A DNA stretch of 63,252 bases, filler included, from Octopus bimaculoides (Eukaryota), in assembly GCF_001194135.2 (NCBI RefSeq). It is 10 parts of 8 records of this genome, joined end to end, with 100 filler letters (N's around TTAATTAATTAA, not from the genome) between each part and the next. Parts side by side here need not be neighbours in the genome. Positions count along the whole stretch, not along the records: positions 13,032 to 41,559 come from NC_068985.1; 9 more parts are not named here. One strand, 5' to 3'. This document shows, piece by piece, positions 24,889-38,714 of this stretch. Under the pieces are notes generated by a model. The model saw only the letters and a program-made list of their open reading frames with translations, was not told the origin of the DNA and ran no database searches. The position numbers and the translations under genes are program-made. Within the stretch, counting starts at the first letter, position 1, and every line of letters begins with the position of its first letter.

Positions 24889-25527
24889 NNNNNNNNNNNN
24901 NNNNNNNNNNNNNNNNNNNNNNNNNNNNNNNNNNNNNNNNNNNNNNNNNNNNNNNNNNNNNNNNNNNNNNNNNNNNNNNNNNNNNNNNNNNNNNNNNNNN
25001 NNNNNNNNNNNNNNNNNNNNNNNNNNNNNNNNNNNNNNNNNNNNNNNNNNNNNNNNNNNNNNNNNNNNNNNNNNNNNNNNNNNNNNNNNNNNNNNNNNNN
25101 NNNNNNNNNNNNNNNNNNNNNNNNNNNNNNNNNNNNNNNNNNNNNNNNNNNNNNNNNNNNNNNNNNNNNNNNNNNNNNNNNNNNNNNNNNNNNNNNNNNN
25201 NNNNNNNNNNNNNNNNNNNNNNNNNNNNNNNNNNNNNNNNNNNNNNNNNNNNNNNNNNNNNNNNNNNNNNATATTCCATGAAACAGAACTAACTCCTTTT
25301 CAGTTAAAAGAACATCTTATTTAACATTTCAAATAAATGGAGTTTTTGGTAAAGTTTTAGGATTAAATGTAAGAAAACCAAGAAAATCTAATTCTAAAAA
25401 ATAAATTATATAATAAAAATTAAAAAAAGACTATTCCTTATGGTCTGTTTTGCAAACTTTTGCTCTCAACTATTACAAGATTTGTCTAATATTTTGAGTT
25501 AGTAACTAAGTTTATGGAAATATTAGA

Positions 25528-26412
25528 AAGTGAAGAATTCCGGGTAGAGGTAGGGGTCCACCAAGGTTCAGTCCTCAGCCCCCCTCATATTTATCATAGT
25601 CCTCCAGGCAATAGCAGAGGAATCCAAGACAGGATGCCCCTGGGAGCTCCTCTATGCTGATGACCTTGCTCTAATTGCTGAGTCACTATCAGAACTAAAG
25701 GAGAAGTTTCAGGTGTGGAAGCAAGGATTAGAATCGAAGGGCCTCAGAGCCAACCTAGCCAAAACTAAAGTCCTAATAAGTAAGAAGGTAGACAAAGCAC
25801 AAACCCCTTCAGGTAGATGGCCCTGCTCGATCTGTAGAAAAGGCATAGGTAGAAACTCCATAAGATGTACCAAGTGTAAGCTATGGACACATAAGAGGTG
25901 CAGCAATATCAATGTTGGGGCAAGTGAAATTGAAATCGAACCAAATTCAATGACTGGCACCTGTGCCAGTGGAGCGCTAACAGCACTGTCCGAGCATGAT
26001 CATTGCCAGAGCAGCTGTCTGGCTTCCGTGCTGGTGACACATAAAAAGTATGATTTGAGCTTGATCGTTACCAGCATCGCCTTACTGGCACTTGTGTTGG
26101 CATGTGAAAAAACATTCAAGCGAGGTCATTGTCAGTGCCACCGGACTGGCTCCTGTGCAAGTGGCATGTAAAAAACACCATTTGAGCATGGCCGTTGCCA
26201 GTACCACCTGACTGGCCCTCGTGCCGGTGGCACATAAAAGCACCCACTACAGTCTCGGAGTGGTTGGCGTTAGGAAAGGCATCCAGCTGTAGAAACTCTG
26301 CCAAATCAGATCGGAGCCTGGTGTAGCCATCTTGGTTCGCCAGTCCTCAGTCAAATCATCCAACCCATGCTAGCATGGAAAGCAGACATTAAACGACGAT
26401 GATGATAATGAT
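25528..26412 (+). mobile_element. RTE-clade LINE fragment: RT core joined directly to the 3' UTR
   Basis: GVHQGSVLSPL..WELLYADDLAL..GLRANLAKTKV..WPCSICRKGIGRNSIRCTKCKLWTHKRCS, then the family 3' UTR and (GAT)n tail. Confidence 0.92.
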
Positions 26413-27794
26413 GTTCCACCTCAAGACTGTTGTTTGGTTACAGTGGTGGGGGAATCAGATCTGTAAGGTGAATCAAGTATACAACAGCCTAATTACAAGA
26501 TCAGGTTGAAATTAATTCACTTTGTTTGATGTCCCTGGAGTGGAGTGTCAAAGTCATACAACCTCATTTCTTGGAGATTATTGGATTTTCACTAAGAAAT
26601 CATTATGTAATTACTTAATTACAATAACAATAACTTCTGCTGCTGCTAGAGATAACTGAAAGTGAAATCTCTAATGGAACTGCTAGAAATAGCAACCAAA
26701 TCTCCCTACCATCTCAAAAATATATATAGTTTCTTTACATTCTGAGTTCAAATTCCATTGGAATTCACTTTGCCTTTCAACTATATCACATCAATACAAT
26801 AAGGAGTTGGTGGGGGGGGGGCACTTTAGTTTTGCAGGTGACAAGACAACTTCACTAGTGTTGGTGTCACAGGGACAAAAAAGGATCCAGTACATGCTGT
26901 AAAGTGTTTGTTGTTAGGAAAGTGCCCAGCTGTGGAAACCAAGCCAAAGCAGACACTGGAGCACAATGCAGTTCTCTTACTCATCATATTCTGTTGAACA
27001 ATCCAACTTTTGTCAGTATGGAAGACAGGTATTAAATGATGACGATAATGGATGGGGACGTATTTAACTGAATAAACTGAGAAAAGAAAAAGTGAGTGTC
27101 CTTTTGCACAACAAATTGAACAACTTTTTTCATTGAACTGGAATACAAAGTGGTGGAGTATTCCACAGTTATATGTGCCCTTTACTAAAGACTCATCATG
27201 ACACAGTGGGTGACAAAGCTGTACCTTTGAATACAGGTTCAGCCCATCTGACAGGCTTCCATACAGCTTCTGTCTACCTAGTTTTACTCAAAAGGCTAAA
27301 GCAAATTAGACTCAAATCATAACTGCAAAGGACACTTCTTAAACACTCAACCACATCTGCATCAATACGCATTGATTAATGTAGTCCTAAATACATGATG
27401 CCCCAAAATAGAAAAGATGGTCATGGACTTCCTTCACAAAGTCAGTTTAATTATAGTTGTGCTGGAACTTAATAACAACAATTATTACTGCCGCTGCTGC
27501 CACCGCCACCACCACCACCACCACCACCCTCATCAATCATCATCACAAGATAAAAGATGGCAAAAATGAGTAAGTTAAGACAATACTGGGCTATACCACA
27601 GTATTAAGTTTCATCTTTTATGGCTGAGTTCAAATCCTAATGAGGCCAATCTATCATTTACCCAGAGATGAAGTCAACAAGGTAAGAGTTAGTAATATTT
27701 CTGTATTGGTTCAATACCAAGTTCCTCCTTGCTATAAGCCCCAGCATTATGCCCAGTAAAAAAGAAATTCTTAGTATAATTAAGGTCATTTGCA

Positions 27795-28108
27795 TGGTGC
27801 ACATACTGTTATATAGATAGTGTATATATTGTTATATAGATGGTCTTTAGGTATGGCATATAACTGTTATGTAGATGGTATATGATTGTTTTAGAGATGG
27901 TGTATACTATTATATAAATTAGTATCTACTGTTATACAGATTAGTATCTACTGTTATATAGATTAGTATCTACTGTTATAAAGATTGTATCTACTGTTAT
28001 ATAGAATGTGTCTACTGCAATATAGATAGTTGCTACTGTTATATAGATCATATCTACTATTTTACAGATTGTATCTACTATTATATAGATAGTATCTATT
28101 GTTATATA
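27795..28108. repeat. 21-22-bp minisatellite (tagtatctactgttatataga), left part
   Basis: Read directly; the array resumes at 29016-29130 beyond the mariner element. Confidence 0.9.
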
Positions 28109-29013
28109 CAAGGGGGTACCCAAAAGTAATTGGAAACTTTCTCTGTGGGACAAGCCCATTGTAGTTTGGACTTCCACCACTAGAAGCCACTTGATGCAGC
28201 CCTCAGGCATCAGTCTGCTGATCAGCGGTGTCAGGGGGAGTCATACTGCCACATGGCGCATCTTTGTTTAGCAGTGCTTCTCCCCTGTTTGTTGATTTTT
28301 GCAATGGCTGAAATGAAGGAACAGTGTGCTTCTGTGAAGTTCTGTTTTCTGCTGGGGAAAATGACAGCCAAAACAGTTGTCATGCTTCAAACAGCTTACA
28401 AGGATGTTGCCATGAGCAAAGCACAAGTTTACAAGTGGTTTCCATGCTTTAGGAATGGTCACTTATTGCTTGAAGACAAACCTCATTCAGGACGATAATC
28501 AACCTTCCGAATGAATGAAAACATCACGAAAATTCATGAACTGATCTTGGCAGACTGTCAATGAACAACTGACGAACTTGTTGATATGATTGACATGTCC
28601 TGGAGCTCCTGCCAACAAATTTTGAATGAGGAATTGCAAATGAAAAGAGTTGCAACAAAATTTGTGCCTCGCTTGCTCACAGCAGATCAAAAGCAGTCAC
28701 AACTGAATGCTTGTCGTGAACTGAAAGAACAGTTGGTTGATTCAAATCTTTTTTTGAAAGTCATCACTGGTGATAAAAGATGGTCCTACAGAATTTGCAG
28801 ATGTGGATGAGGTGAAGAAAAAAATGACAGAGGCATTAAAAGGCATCACTTCACAAGAGTTCCAGCACTGTTTTGAACAGTGCAAAACATCTTCTGGACC
28901 AATGCATTGTTTCAAATAGAGAACACTTTGAAGGCAATGAAAAATGTAAACATGTAAAACTAAGTGTATAAAATGACATTACAAAATTCCAATTTCATTT
29001 GGGTAGTCTCTCG
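28109..29013 (+). mobile_element. Internally deleted mariner (DD34D-type) transposon
   Basis: TIRs caagggggtacccaaaagtaattggaa (left) and cgagagactacccaaatgaaattggaa (right, reverse complement), TA on both sides. VYKWF..EDKPHSGR, KFVPRLL and VITGD motifs; the region with the second and third Asp is deleted. Confidence 0.93.
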
Positions 29014-29015
29014 TA

Positions 29016-29130
29016 AATTAGTATCTACTATTATATAGATAGTACCTCTGGTTATATAGTGTTTACTAATATATAAATAGCATCTACTTTTATATAAATA
29101 ATATCCACTGTTATATAGATAGTATCTACT
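29016..29130. repeat. 21-22-bp minisatellite, right part
   Basis: Same unit as 27795-28108. Confidence 0.88.
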
Positions 29131-30352
29131 GTTCACTGTATTTTAATTTTTCACAAGTTTCACTCATCATAGTGCAATCATACTCGAGTACAAGCTTCAA
29201 AGGTTTTCAGAGATTTTACTCTATTATTTCTCCCTTAGTACTTAATCCTATTTATGTTACCAGTCTCACAGGCAGACAAAATATGCAGTCAACCAGGTCC
29301 ATCAATATTTTGCTATATCCCATCAACACAATATACTGCATATGTATCCATACCCTGTGTATCTCAGTTTTTACAATAGATATGCTACATCCCAGTATGT
29401 GAGAGACAACAAAATTGGTTTTCATCAAGATGGGCATCCAGCCATAACACACTACCTCAACCCATGAAAGCATGGTAAAGCAGATGTAAAAATGATGATG
29501 ACGAAGATGACAAGGACACAAACATAACAGGCTTCTGCACAGTTTCTGTCTCTCCTATTTCACTGAAAGGATGTGATGGTAAAAAACACATTGCCAAATT
29601 ACCACCCATTGAGAAGAAATCAGGGAATTATGATGTTGCAAAATAAAGTTCTTAAACAGCCAACCTATGTATAATTTAGAAATTACCTGCAGCTGTATAA
29701 AACATGAAACTAATCAAACGATTAAGTTTACGTACGAGAGATGGGGAATCTTTTGATGTCAGGTTACAGTTGGTTTTGATGAACAGTGTTTAAGACACTA
29801 AACAAAACAAGATGGGAATTTCTTTCCAAAATTAACTAAACTATCATAAGTAAATAACTAATGTTGTTGTTTTTGTTATTTAGCCCTAGGTCAGGTCTGA
29901 TTCAACCATCAGCAGTCAATCCTTCTTTTCTTCTACAGACATTGTACTTCTTGAGATACACTGTCAAATGTGTCTGTCACTTTAAGGTGGTAGGCAGTTT
30001 GCAGGGGATCTGGTTGGCTGTTATTGCTGTTTAGCTCAAATGTAACCTTGATCAAAGACATTCTTGTTATACCTACTGCGTACTTTATCTAATATAACCT
30101 GTCTTTTGTGAAGACAGTTGTGTACTGAAGGTGATTTGGCTTCTATTTCTAGCAGGCAGAGGAACCACAGAAAAAAGTCTCTTTCATCGATATATATATA
30201 GCGAATAAGTGGGGATAGAATATCCAGGCAGGTATCATTTGAGCACTCAATTATAATACAGGTTATGGCTAACACTGTATTTCATTCAATGGATATATAC
30301 TGGGTTTGGTTTGCAAGATTATAAATATTTTACCAAATGTATATCTAAGACA

Positions 30353-31184
30353 ATTACAATGAATATGGAGATTAGTACATCTGCATATTCTTTTTATTTC
30401 TATAGTCAATTATACAACATATTTGTTTTAAATTTATCCGACACATTTCTGCCACATAGACATCTAGCAATTGCATTTGCATCTAATTACTTTCAACTGA
30501 TTATTAGTCTATGCAACTTTAACCAAGGTCCATCCACTGACATGGTTCAAAATGAACTAAGTGTATATAGATGACTTAGCTAGCATTATTTTCTTAAGTT
30601 ACTATAGGGATCTTGTTCAAAACGGGGGCACCAGCTTTCATTAATGTTTTATGTAGTGTCTTTGGTACCGAAAGGCTTTCAAACTTTGTATACTTATCTA
30701 TTTTATGTTATAGAACAGAAAAAAAATTTTGTATTCGGATTTATTTCATGTAAAAAATTGTCTTATCTCGATAATTTCAACCAATCACTGACAAGTATTC
30801 AGCTGAATTAAAAGATCTAGTAGTCTCAATTTGAATTTCAAACCTAGGGTCAAGATAAGGTCAACCTCATAGCAGTTCTTATGGGCATACCAGGTTTCCA
30901 AATCTTCCACTCATATTCTTTGCACTCAAAAACTATAGTAACCTAAGAAAATAATGCTAGCTAAGCCTACATACACTTAGTTCATTTTGAACAATGTCAG
31001 TAGATGAACCTTGAATAAAGTTGCATAGACTAATAATCGGCTGAAAGTAATTAGATGCAAATACAATTGCGAGATGTTCATGCAGCAGAAATGTGTCGGA
31101 TAAATTTAAAGCAAATATATTGTATAATTGACTATAGAAATAAAAAGAATATGCAGATGTACTAATCTCCATATTCATTGTAAT
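30353..31184. repeat. Long inverted repeat: arms 30353-30607 and 30933-31184, spacer about 325 bp
   Basis: The reverse complement of arm 2 aligns to arm 1 over ~250 nt. The outer ~65 nt are identical; overall identity is roughly 90% by eye. Confidence 0.95.
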
Positions 31185-31217
31185 CATCATATATATATAT
31201 ATATATATATATTAATA

Positions 31218-33656
31218 ATAAAGTCCTTCCAGACTTAGAGTTACGTGGTGGTGGAATAGTATGGTAGACAAAGCCATTAGAGCAAACAAACAGGCTGGAA
31301 AACCTGGAAGGGTGGGGGTAGCAGGGAACTGTACCAGGTAGCCAAAAGGGAGGCTGGGTGGCAGGTATACATAGCCAAGGGCGAAGCGGAAAAGAAGAAG
31401 TTTGCCAATGTCTAGTGGCGTGAGGACCGTTGAATTGAGGTATTTCAGATTGCAACACAGTGTGTGAGAGAAAATTGTGATGTCACAGGAGAGAAATGTG
31501 TCCGCATGGATGATGGTGTACTTGCTTTTAATGATTCTGAAAAGAAAGAGGCTTGGAAAAGCCATTATGAAAGACTGCTGAACATGGAGAATGAATGGGA
31601 GGAGGAGAGCCTGCCAAATGTTGACCCAGTAGGGGGACCAGCTATCGGAATAGACAGCTCTCTGGTAGATAAAACAATTTAGGGTATGAAGCCAGGAAAA
31701 GCCCCCGGCCCATCAGGAATCACTGCTGAGATGCTTAAAACATCTGGCGGTGTGGGCAATGGCCTAGTCACCTGCATTGTAAACCAGGTAGTTCATGATG
31801 GAGTCATACCCAATGACTGGCGTAGCAGCACCATAGCCAACTGCTACAAGGGTAAAGGTGATGCTCTAGATAGAAATCAGGTGATGAAGGTCACAGAGAG
31901 GGTGATAGCCCATCTCATTAGGGAGAGAGTCTGCTTAGATGAGATGCAGTTTGGTTTTGTGCTGGGTAGAAACACCACTGCTGGAGAAATACTTAGCTAA
32001 AGATAACCCCTATACTTAGCTTTTGTGGACTTAGAGAAAGCCATTGACAGGGTCCCCCAATCCTTAATCTGGTGGGCAATGCGGAAACTGGAGATTGACG
32101 AATGGTTAATAAGGGCTGTACAGGCCCTATACAGAGAGGCCATTAGTAAGATTAGGATTGGCAATGAGTACAGTGAAGAATTCTGGGTAGAAGAAGGGGT
32201 TCACCAAGGTTCAGCTCTCAGTCCCCTTTCATCATAGTCCTCCACGCAATAACAGAGGAATTCAAGACGGGTTGCCCCTAGGAGCTCCTCTATGCTGATG
32301 ACCTGGCCCTCATAGCAGAATCACTACTGAAACTAGAAAAGAAATTTCGGGTGTGGAAGCAAGGTTTAGAATCAAAAGGCCTTAGAGTCAATGTAGCAAA
32401 GACCAAAGTCCTAATAAGTAGGAAGGCAAACTCATCACACACACCCTCAGGTAGGTGGCCCTGCTTGATCCGTAGAAAAGGTGTAGGGAGAAACTCCATA
32501 AGATGTACCCAGTGTAAGCTATGGACATATAAGAAGTAAAGCAGCATCAAAGGAAGACTAATCGAGAAGATTTTTTGTGTGCGGCAGATGCACAGGGGTA
32601 ATAAACACCACAAATACTCAGAAAACAGATTCCTTCACACTCCAGTGGGAGAAACTAGAAGTAGTTGATAGCTTATGCTACCTAGGTGACCAAGTTAGTA
32701 GTGGGGGTGGATGCTCAGAGAGTGTTACCATTAGAATAAGAATAGACTGGGCAAAGTTTAGAAAGCTTCAACCCCTACTGGTGACAAAGGGTCTTTCGCT
32801 CAGAGTAAAAGGTAGATTGTACGATGCATGTGTGTAAACTACCATGCTTCATGGCAGTTAAACATGAGCCGTGACTGCAGAGGACATGTGTAGGCTTGAA
32901 GGAAATGAAGCTAGCATGATCCGCTGGATGTGTAATGTCAGTGTGCTCACACGACCGAGTGTAAGCACCTTGAGAGAAATGTTGGACATAAGAAGCATCA
33001 GATGTGGCATGCAAGAGAGACGTTTGCACTGGTATGGTCATGTACTACAGATAGGTGAGGAGAGGTGTGAAGAAGTGCCACTCCCAAACAGTTGGAGGAA
33101 TCCAGGGTAGAGATAGACCCAGGAAGACATGGGATGAGGTGGTCAAGCATGAAACTTCAAACGTTGGGCATCACAGAGGCAATGACGAAAGACCAAGACC
33201 TTTGGAGATATGCTGTGACGGTGAAGACCTGACAAATAAAGTGAGTTTGCAGCTGTATCCTACACCAGTTTTGCATAACCAGCCCCAGCCCATTCAAAAG
33301 TACCTTGGATCGTAGGGTGACCTGCTGTGCTGGAAGAAACCTATTGTGTCAAGTACACCAACATCAAAATAAAAATCAAATGGAAATTGTAGTTGTGATA
33401 CCCATGCCAGTGGCATGTAAAAAGCATCATCCGAACATGGCTGATGCCAGCACTGCCTTGAGTGACTTCTGTGCCAGTGGCATGTAAAAAGCACCCACTA
33501 CACTCATGGAGTGGTTGGTGTTAAGAAGGGCATCCAGCTGCAGAAACACTGCCAGAACAGACGGGAGCCTGGTACAGCTGCCTGGCTTCCCAGACTCCGG
33601 TTGAAGCGTCCAACCCATGCTAGCATGGAAAACGGACGTTAAATGATGATGATGAT
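31218..33656 (+). mobile_element. 5'-truncated RTE-clade LINE (RT, Cys-rich insert, 3' UTR, (GAT)n tail); pseudogenised
   Basis: WWNS..KAI, MKPGKAPGPSGITAEMLK, DEMQFGFV, DLEKAIDRVP, GVHQGSALSP, LYADDL, RRLHWYGHV and GRDRPRKTW motifs. Confidence 0.95.
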
Positions 33657-33674
33657 ATATATATATATATATGT

Positions 33675-33720
<46 letters not shown>

Positions 33721-36700
33721 CTAATTAATACATAAAGTTATAGATAGCTGTGGCAAGAGTGTAGAAGTTTCAATGCTGATCCTCGGGTCATTCAGTGTCT
33801 ATCCAGATTACATCTTCAAGCTACCCAGGGAGCCATTGTGTGATTGTTCAACCTGAAATAGCAGACAATTCTCCCCCAAATCTCAATCTACTGAATTAAA
33901 AAATGCAATGACAATGTAGTCCTGCATATACTTAAAAAAGACATGGTAGTCATAGCAATGTCTTTATTCAAGAGTTTGCTTAATGCAAGACTAAGAGAGT
34001 GCAGTGGTGGTAGGGTTATCAACAATGTCCCTTCTCTCTGTTACCCATTATCACTTCATGTGATCTCCTCCCCCACCCAGAATACCAGTAATAAAACTTT
34101 TTTTCTTAAATACCTCCCTTCTCTCACTCTCTATTTGTCTCTCACTCACCTATACCTCTTAACCATCTATACCACTCTCTCCCTCTCTGTCTTGTCTCCT
34201 TTACCCTCTACCTTCTCTCTGTTATTCTCTCCCCCTCATCCATCTACCAACACACTAACCAGGTGAAGAAAACAACAAAAATGTATTCACATCAAAACAA
34301 AAACTCCAAAATTTTTTTTGTATTGGTATTTTGGCAAGAAAATAAGAAACCTTAATAAAGACAGAAGAGGGAGACCTTTCTAGAGCCCTTAAGACATTGG
34401 AGGAGAAGATAAGATTAAATATAAATATCAAAGCAAGAGGGGGAGGAGTAAACCCTTAAGGATGAGAAGAAAAAAACTAAAAAAAAAAAAGCAAGATTAA
34501 ACTAACAAAGTTGGCAGTTGGAGGGAAGGGTATTCTTAATTAGGTGTTGTAAGGAAACTGATGTTATAAGTAATAAAGCAACACACAAACATAAAATTTG
34601 CCTAAGGGTGGGATTGCAATATACTAATGTCTAAAACTCCACAACTTTGGTACTTACTTTTGAAATAAAGAGATTAGGGAACAAAAAATACCTGATTCCA
34701 GGGCTATGTCAGCACATATTGATATGGTAAATGTTTTCTTTCTATAATACCCAACCTAAGGTTCTGTTAATCCCATATTATATGTCAATAACCAAATCCC
34801 ACAAGACAGTGTAGTTTAAGGCCCAATTGATAAAGTATAAAATAGGGTTTAAGATAGAGAAGAATGTAGGTAATTCAAATGTTTAATAAGGCTTTCATTT
34901 CTATGCAGGGTCTGTAGGAACCTCGTGATGGGCATTCAAAGTGCAAGAAATAGCAGTCAAATTGCCTTCAAATCATAGGCCACCATCTTTTAAAAGAGTG
35001 GTTACATTGGATTTTGTATTCCTAAACACCACTAAAATTGGGATGGCTTTTGCTAGAATGTCTTTGACCGTAGGTCTGGTGGATCTAGGCTTGACCTAGG
35101 GTTAATAAACAACAGCATTTTAAAACAACCAAACATCACTGAACTCTCTTATAACTATAAGGAATAATCTAGTGGCAGTAAACAGGTTAGAGAAATCCCA
35201 CTTCTTTGATGGTGTGCAAATCCCTTCCAAGTAACATTACCATTTATCTGGTTCCTATAACTCAAAGATAATTGAAAAGAGACAAAACAAAACTTTTTAC
35301 CCAAACACCTATTTTCATACAAATTTATTTCAAATGTAAAACTTAATACAGAGACAGAAAAAATCTATTTTATATTTCATTGAATCAAATATAATCTAAA
35401 AAGACTGTAATTGCATTTAATCACTTAAGTAAGAGGTTTCAGTGATTTAACTATATTTAATAAATAAAGTTAATTGTATGTGATCAATAAAAACATTTTT
35501 GTTGATGCAAAATGCAGGCTATTTCAGAAGGCTACATTTAAGGCTTGAAAGGCCATGGGTTTCCTGCCCCTGAGTTAATCTTTTGACAACTTGGACATCA
35601 TTAAGTTTACATCCTGTTTCAGTAATTATGCTGTGCCCTCAAAACAAAATACATTACTTGCCTCAGTAAGTTTTGATAACAAGAGGCTGCACTTCTAATT
35701 TATAATCCACTAATTAGAAATGGGAAAGATAACCATTTCTAAAACTTAACTTACACAATATGCAGACATCCAAATATTTAAAACAAAAATTTTGTGTACC
35801 ATTGTCCCACCCATGCCAGCATGGAAGGCAGACGTTAAACGATGATAATGATGATGATAATGATGATATGTGCACTCAATACTAACAGTGGTAAAACAAA
35901 GATGAGACAGTGGACTATGAACAATGGTCAAGGATTCAAGTCGTGATAGAGTCATTGTATTGCAGCATCTCAGAACAAGACATAACTCAGTTTTGTTTGA
36001 CAAGAGAACTTTTTCATGATACTCAACCTGCTAGAAATAGCAACCAAGTATCTTTCAAATAACATTCTCACATTTTGAAAAATAAGACACATTGAATACT
36101 GAATTCCTAGAAATTCTTAAAAAGACAGGATGCTCCTGACAGGAATATTTGACTACAGATCAGTTGAATCAGAGTTAACTTGTGGTTAGACAACAACATA
36201 ATTCTGCCTAGGATGATCACCGATTCCTCTTCTTCCAGTTCACAACTTAATGGTAGAAATTGTAAACTACAGTAAAAAAGTAAATACAAAAGTAATAAAA
36301 AAACTAGCTCCAATAGTGAAATGTCAAATTTTAGTAAAACTGAAAATTTCCCCACATGATGGAAGACATAGAAGAAAAGAACATGTTAACATAATAATAT
36401 CAAGCCTTTCATTTTACCTCCAGTCATTTTTAGCCCTTTTGTTCAAATTTCTCTTGAAATATATTGCCTTTGTTTCAATTGATTTTGAAAATAATGATGT
36501 ATTTAGTCAAATAAATTTGTCATTTTTAAACTGATCAATGAAACATAAGTTAACATGGAATTTTAATAAGAGTTTTTAAAACAGCAATTTTATATCAGAG
36601 AACCAAGGAGGTCATTCAAGTTGGTGTCAAAAGCATCAAACAGGAAGAAAATAAATATATGACAATAAAAGTTTCACCTCTTTCAAACAATAATTAGTTT

Positions 36701-37820
36701 TATTTTCATATCAATTTCACCTTGGCAAAAAATTTGAGGGAACCAACTCCAAATGATAATTTCTACTTCAGAAATTCCTGAAACCACATGCTATTTCCTA
36801 AAGCAAATTTTAATTGATAGAAATAATGAACCAATTCTTTTAGTACCCTCCCAAATAGTAATTTTCATAATTACTCTACTGTGGATATGTGAATATGACA
36901 ACTGTCTCTTAAAACAGGAATATTTCTGCAAAAGAATGTATAATTATAAATTCCTAATTATATTTTGCTGTTTCTTATATAAATGGCTTTTTTTCTTCAT
37001 AAGATGTTTTTTATTCCTTACCCCTAATAAAGTGTCATACACTTCCTGCTGCTTCACATTGCTACTCAGAATCATCCACAACTGACTTACAATCTCCTTT
37101 CAGAAATATACTTTTAGATATCACTCATTAAATTGCATAATCACCAAGCCTAAGAGCATGTGTTAAACATGATGGCCTTTGTGGACTGGGTAGAAGTAGA
37201 AACTAGATCTTTGTTGCCTGATAATTATTCCTAAAAAGCCTATTCAGAATGTAGGACAAAGTAAATGGATAAAGGGGTCAATATATATTATTAAATCAAC
37301 TTTGTTGGCAAAGTTCAAAAGCAAAGTTTGTGTACAGAAATTTATAGAAAAACGTCATCCACATTGTGTGTGTGTGTGCGCATGTGTGCGTGTACGTGTA
37401 TGTTATGTTTAAAAAAAAAACCCTTTGAGTAATACAGGTGAGAAGTTACACAAAATATGTAAGGTGATATCAAAAACAAAGAGAAAAAAAATATTGTATC
37501 ACCTTACATAGATTGTTTAATGTTTCAACATCTTAGAAAAGATGCTCCTTTTCAAATATAAATAAAGTAATCCTGGACAGCCACTGACAACACTCTTCTT
37601 CCAACCTTGAGATAATTTTCTTTCTTATATTTGATAAGTGGAATCTCTAAAAATATTATAAGATCATTAAACAACTTATGTTTTCATTAGACAGATCTAT
37701 GGATGAATAGATTAGATAGAGTAGATGGAGGGACAGGGTGGATGAATGGATGGGTAGAGAATAGAAGATAGAGTGGATGGATGGATGGATAGATAGAGGA
37801 GATAAACAGAATGGATGTAT

Positions 37821-37990
37821 GGATAGACAGAGTAGATGGGTGGATAGACTGGAGTAGATGGGTGGATAGACTGAGTAGATGGGTGGATAGACTGGAGAAG
37901 ATGGGTGGATAGACTGGAGAAGATGGGTGGATAGACTGGAGTAGATGGGTGGATAGACTGCGTAGATGGGTGGATAGACTGAGTAGATAG
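37821..37990. repeat. 22-bp minisatellite (ggatagactggagtagatgggt), about 8 copies, inside a GGAT/AGAT-rich tract
   Basis: Read directly from the sequence. Confidence 0.9.
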
Positions 37991-38714
37991 CTAGGTGGAT
38001 GGAGTAGATACATGATAGGTAGAGTAGATGGATGGATGGGTTTAGGTAGATTATTACATAGCATAGCCCAGTTAAATAAAAATCCTAAGAGTAAGAACAG
38101 AGATAGAAATTGTCAAAATGAATACATAGTTTTTGAGAAAAAAAAACAAAGCTTGATAGAAAGCTTGCACTGTTTTAGTTGCAAAACCTTTCAACATTGT
38201 TCATAACATTAGGACAAACACATACATAAATTTGAAAAGTTAAATCAGTTCAGTATGTGTAGACAAAGTGAAGAGGAAATAAGCAACATCTCTTACCATA
38301 TGGACTCATAAGCTTCTTTTTCATTGGTTGAGATAATAAGATCCCTAAGGTGGGCTGATTTGACTCTTTGAAACAAGTGGTAATCACAACTCTAATGAGG
38401 TCCTGATTTTGAATCTCTTTAGACTTGTGAGTGATTAACTCTAGTGAAAAACATTTTACAGAATATATGAAGCTGAGATGTCTAAATACTGACATGAGTT
38501 GGAAGCAGCTTGTAGGACACATATTTGACATCTCTGACTGACTAACAGTTCCAGACCTATGAGTTATGACCCAAAATATACTGCAGTATAATTCTAAATG
38601 GGTTGTGAAGAAAAAAATCTTTTACATTTGAAATATCCACAAATATGTTGAGGGTTACATCACGTCATTTATATAATATAGCAGTTATTTTAGTTAATAC
38701 ACTCAAATTGCTAC

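Noticed and set aside
30311-31190. Two near-identical ORFs on opposite strands suggesting duplicated genes
   Set aside because: They are a by-product of the inverted repeat, with AT-rich non-coding composition and no domain.
36596-38390. Exon-like open stretches: 36599 plus (RTKEVIQVGVKSIKQEENK), 37021-37080 minus (LWMILSSNVKQQEVYDTLLG) and 38297-38388 minus (LFQRVKSAHLRDLIISTNEKEAYES)
   Set aside because: No recognisable homology, mixed strands, and at least one weak splice site each. Such stretches are expected by chance; BLASTX or RNA-seq would settle them.
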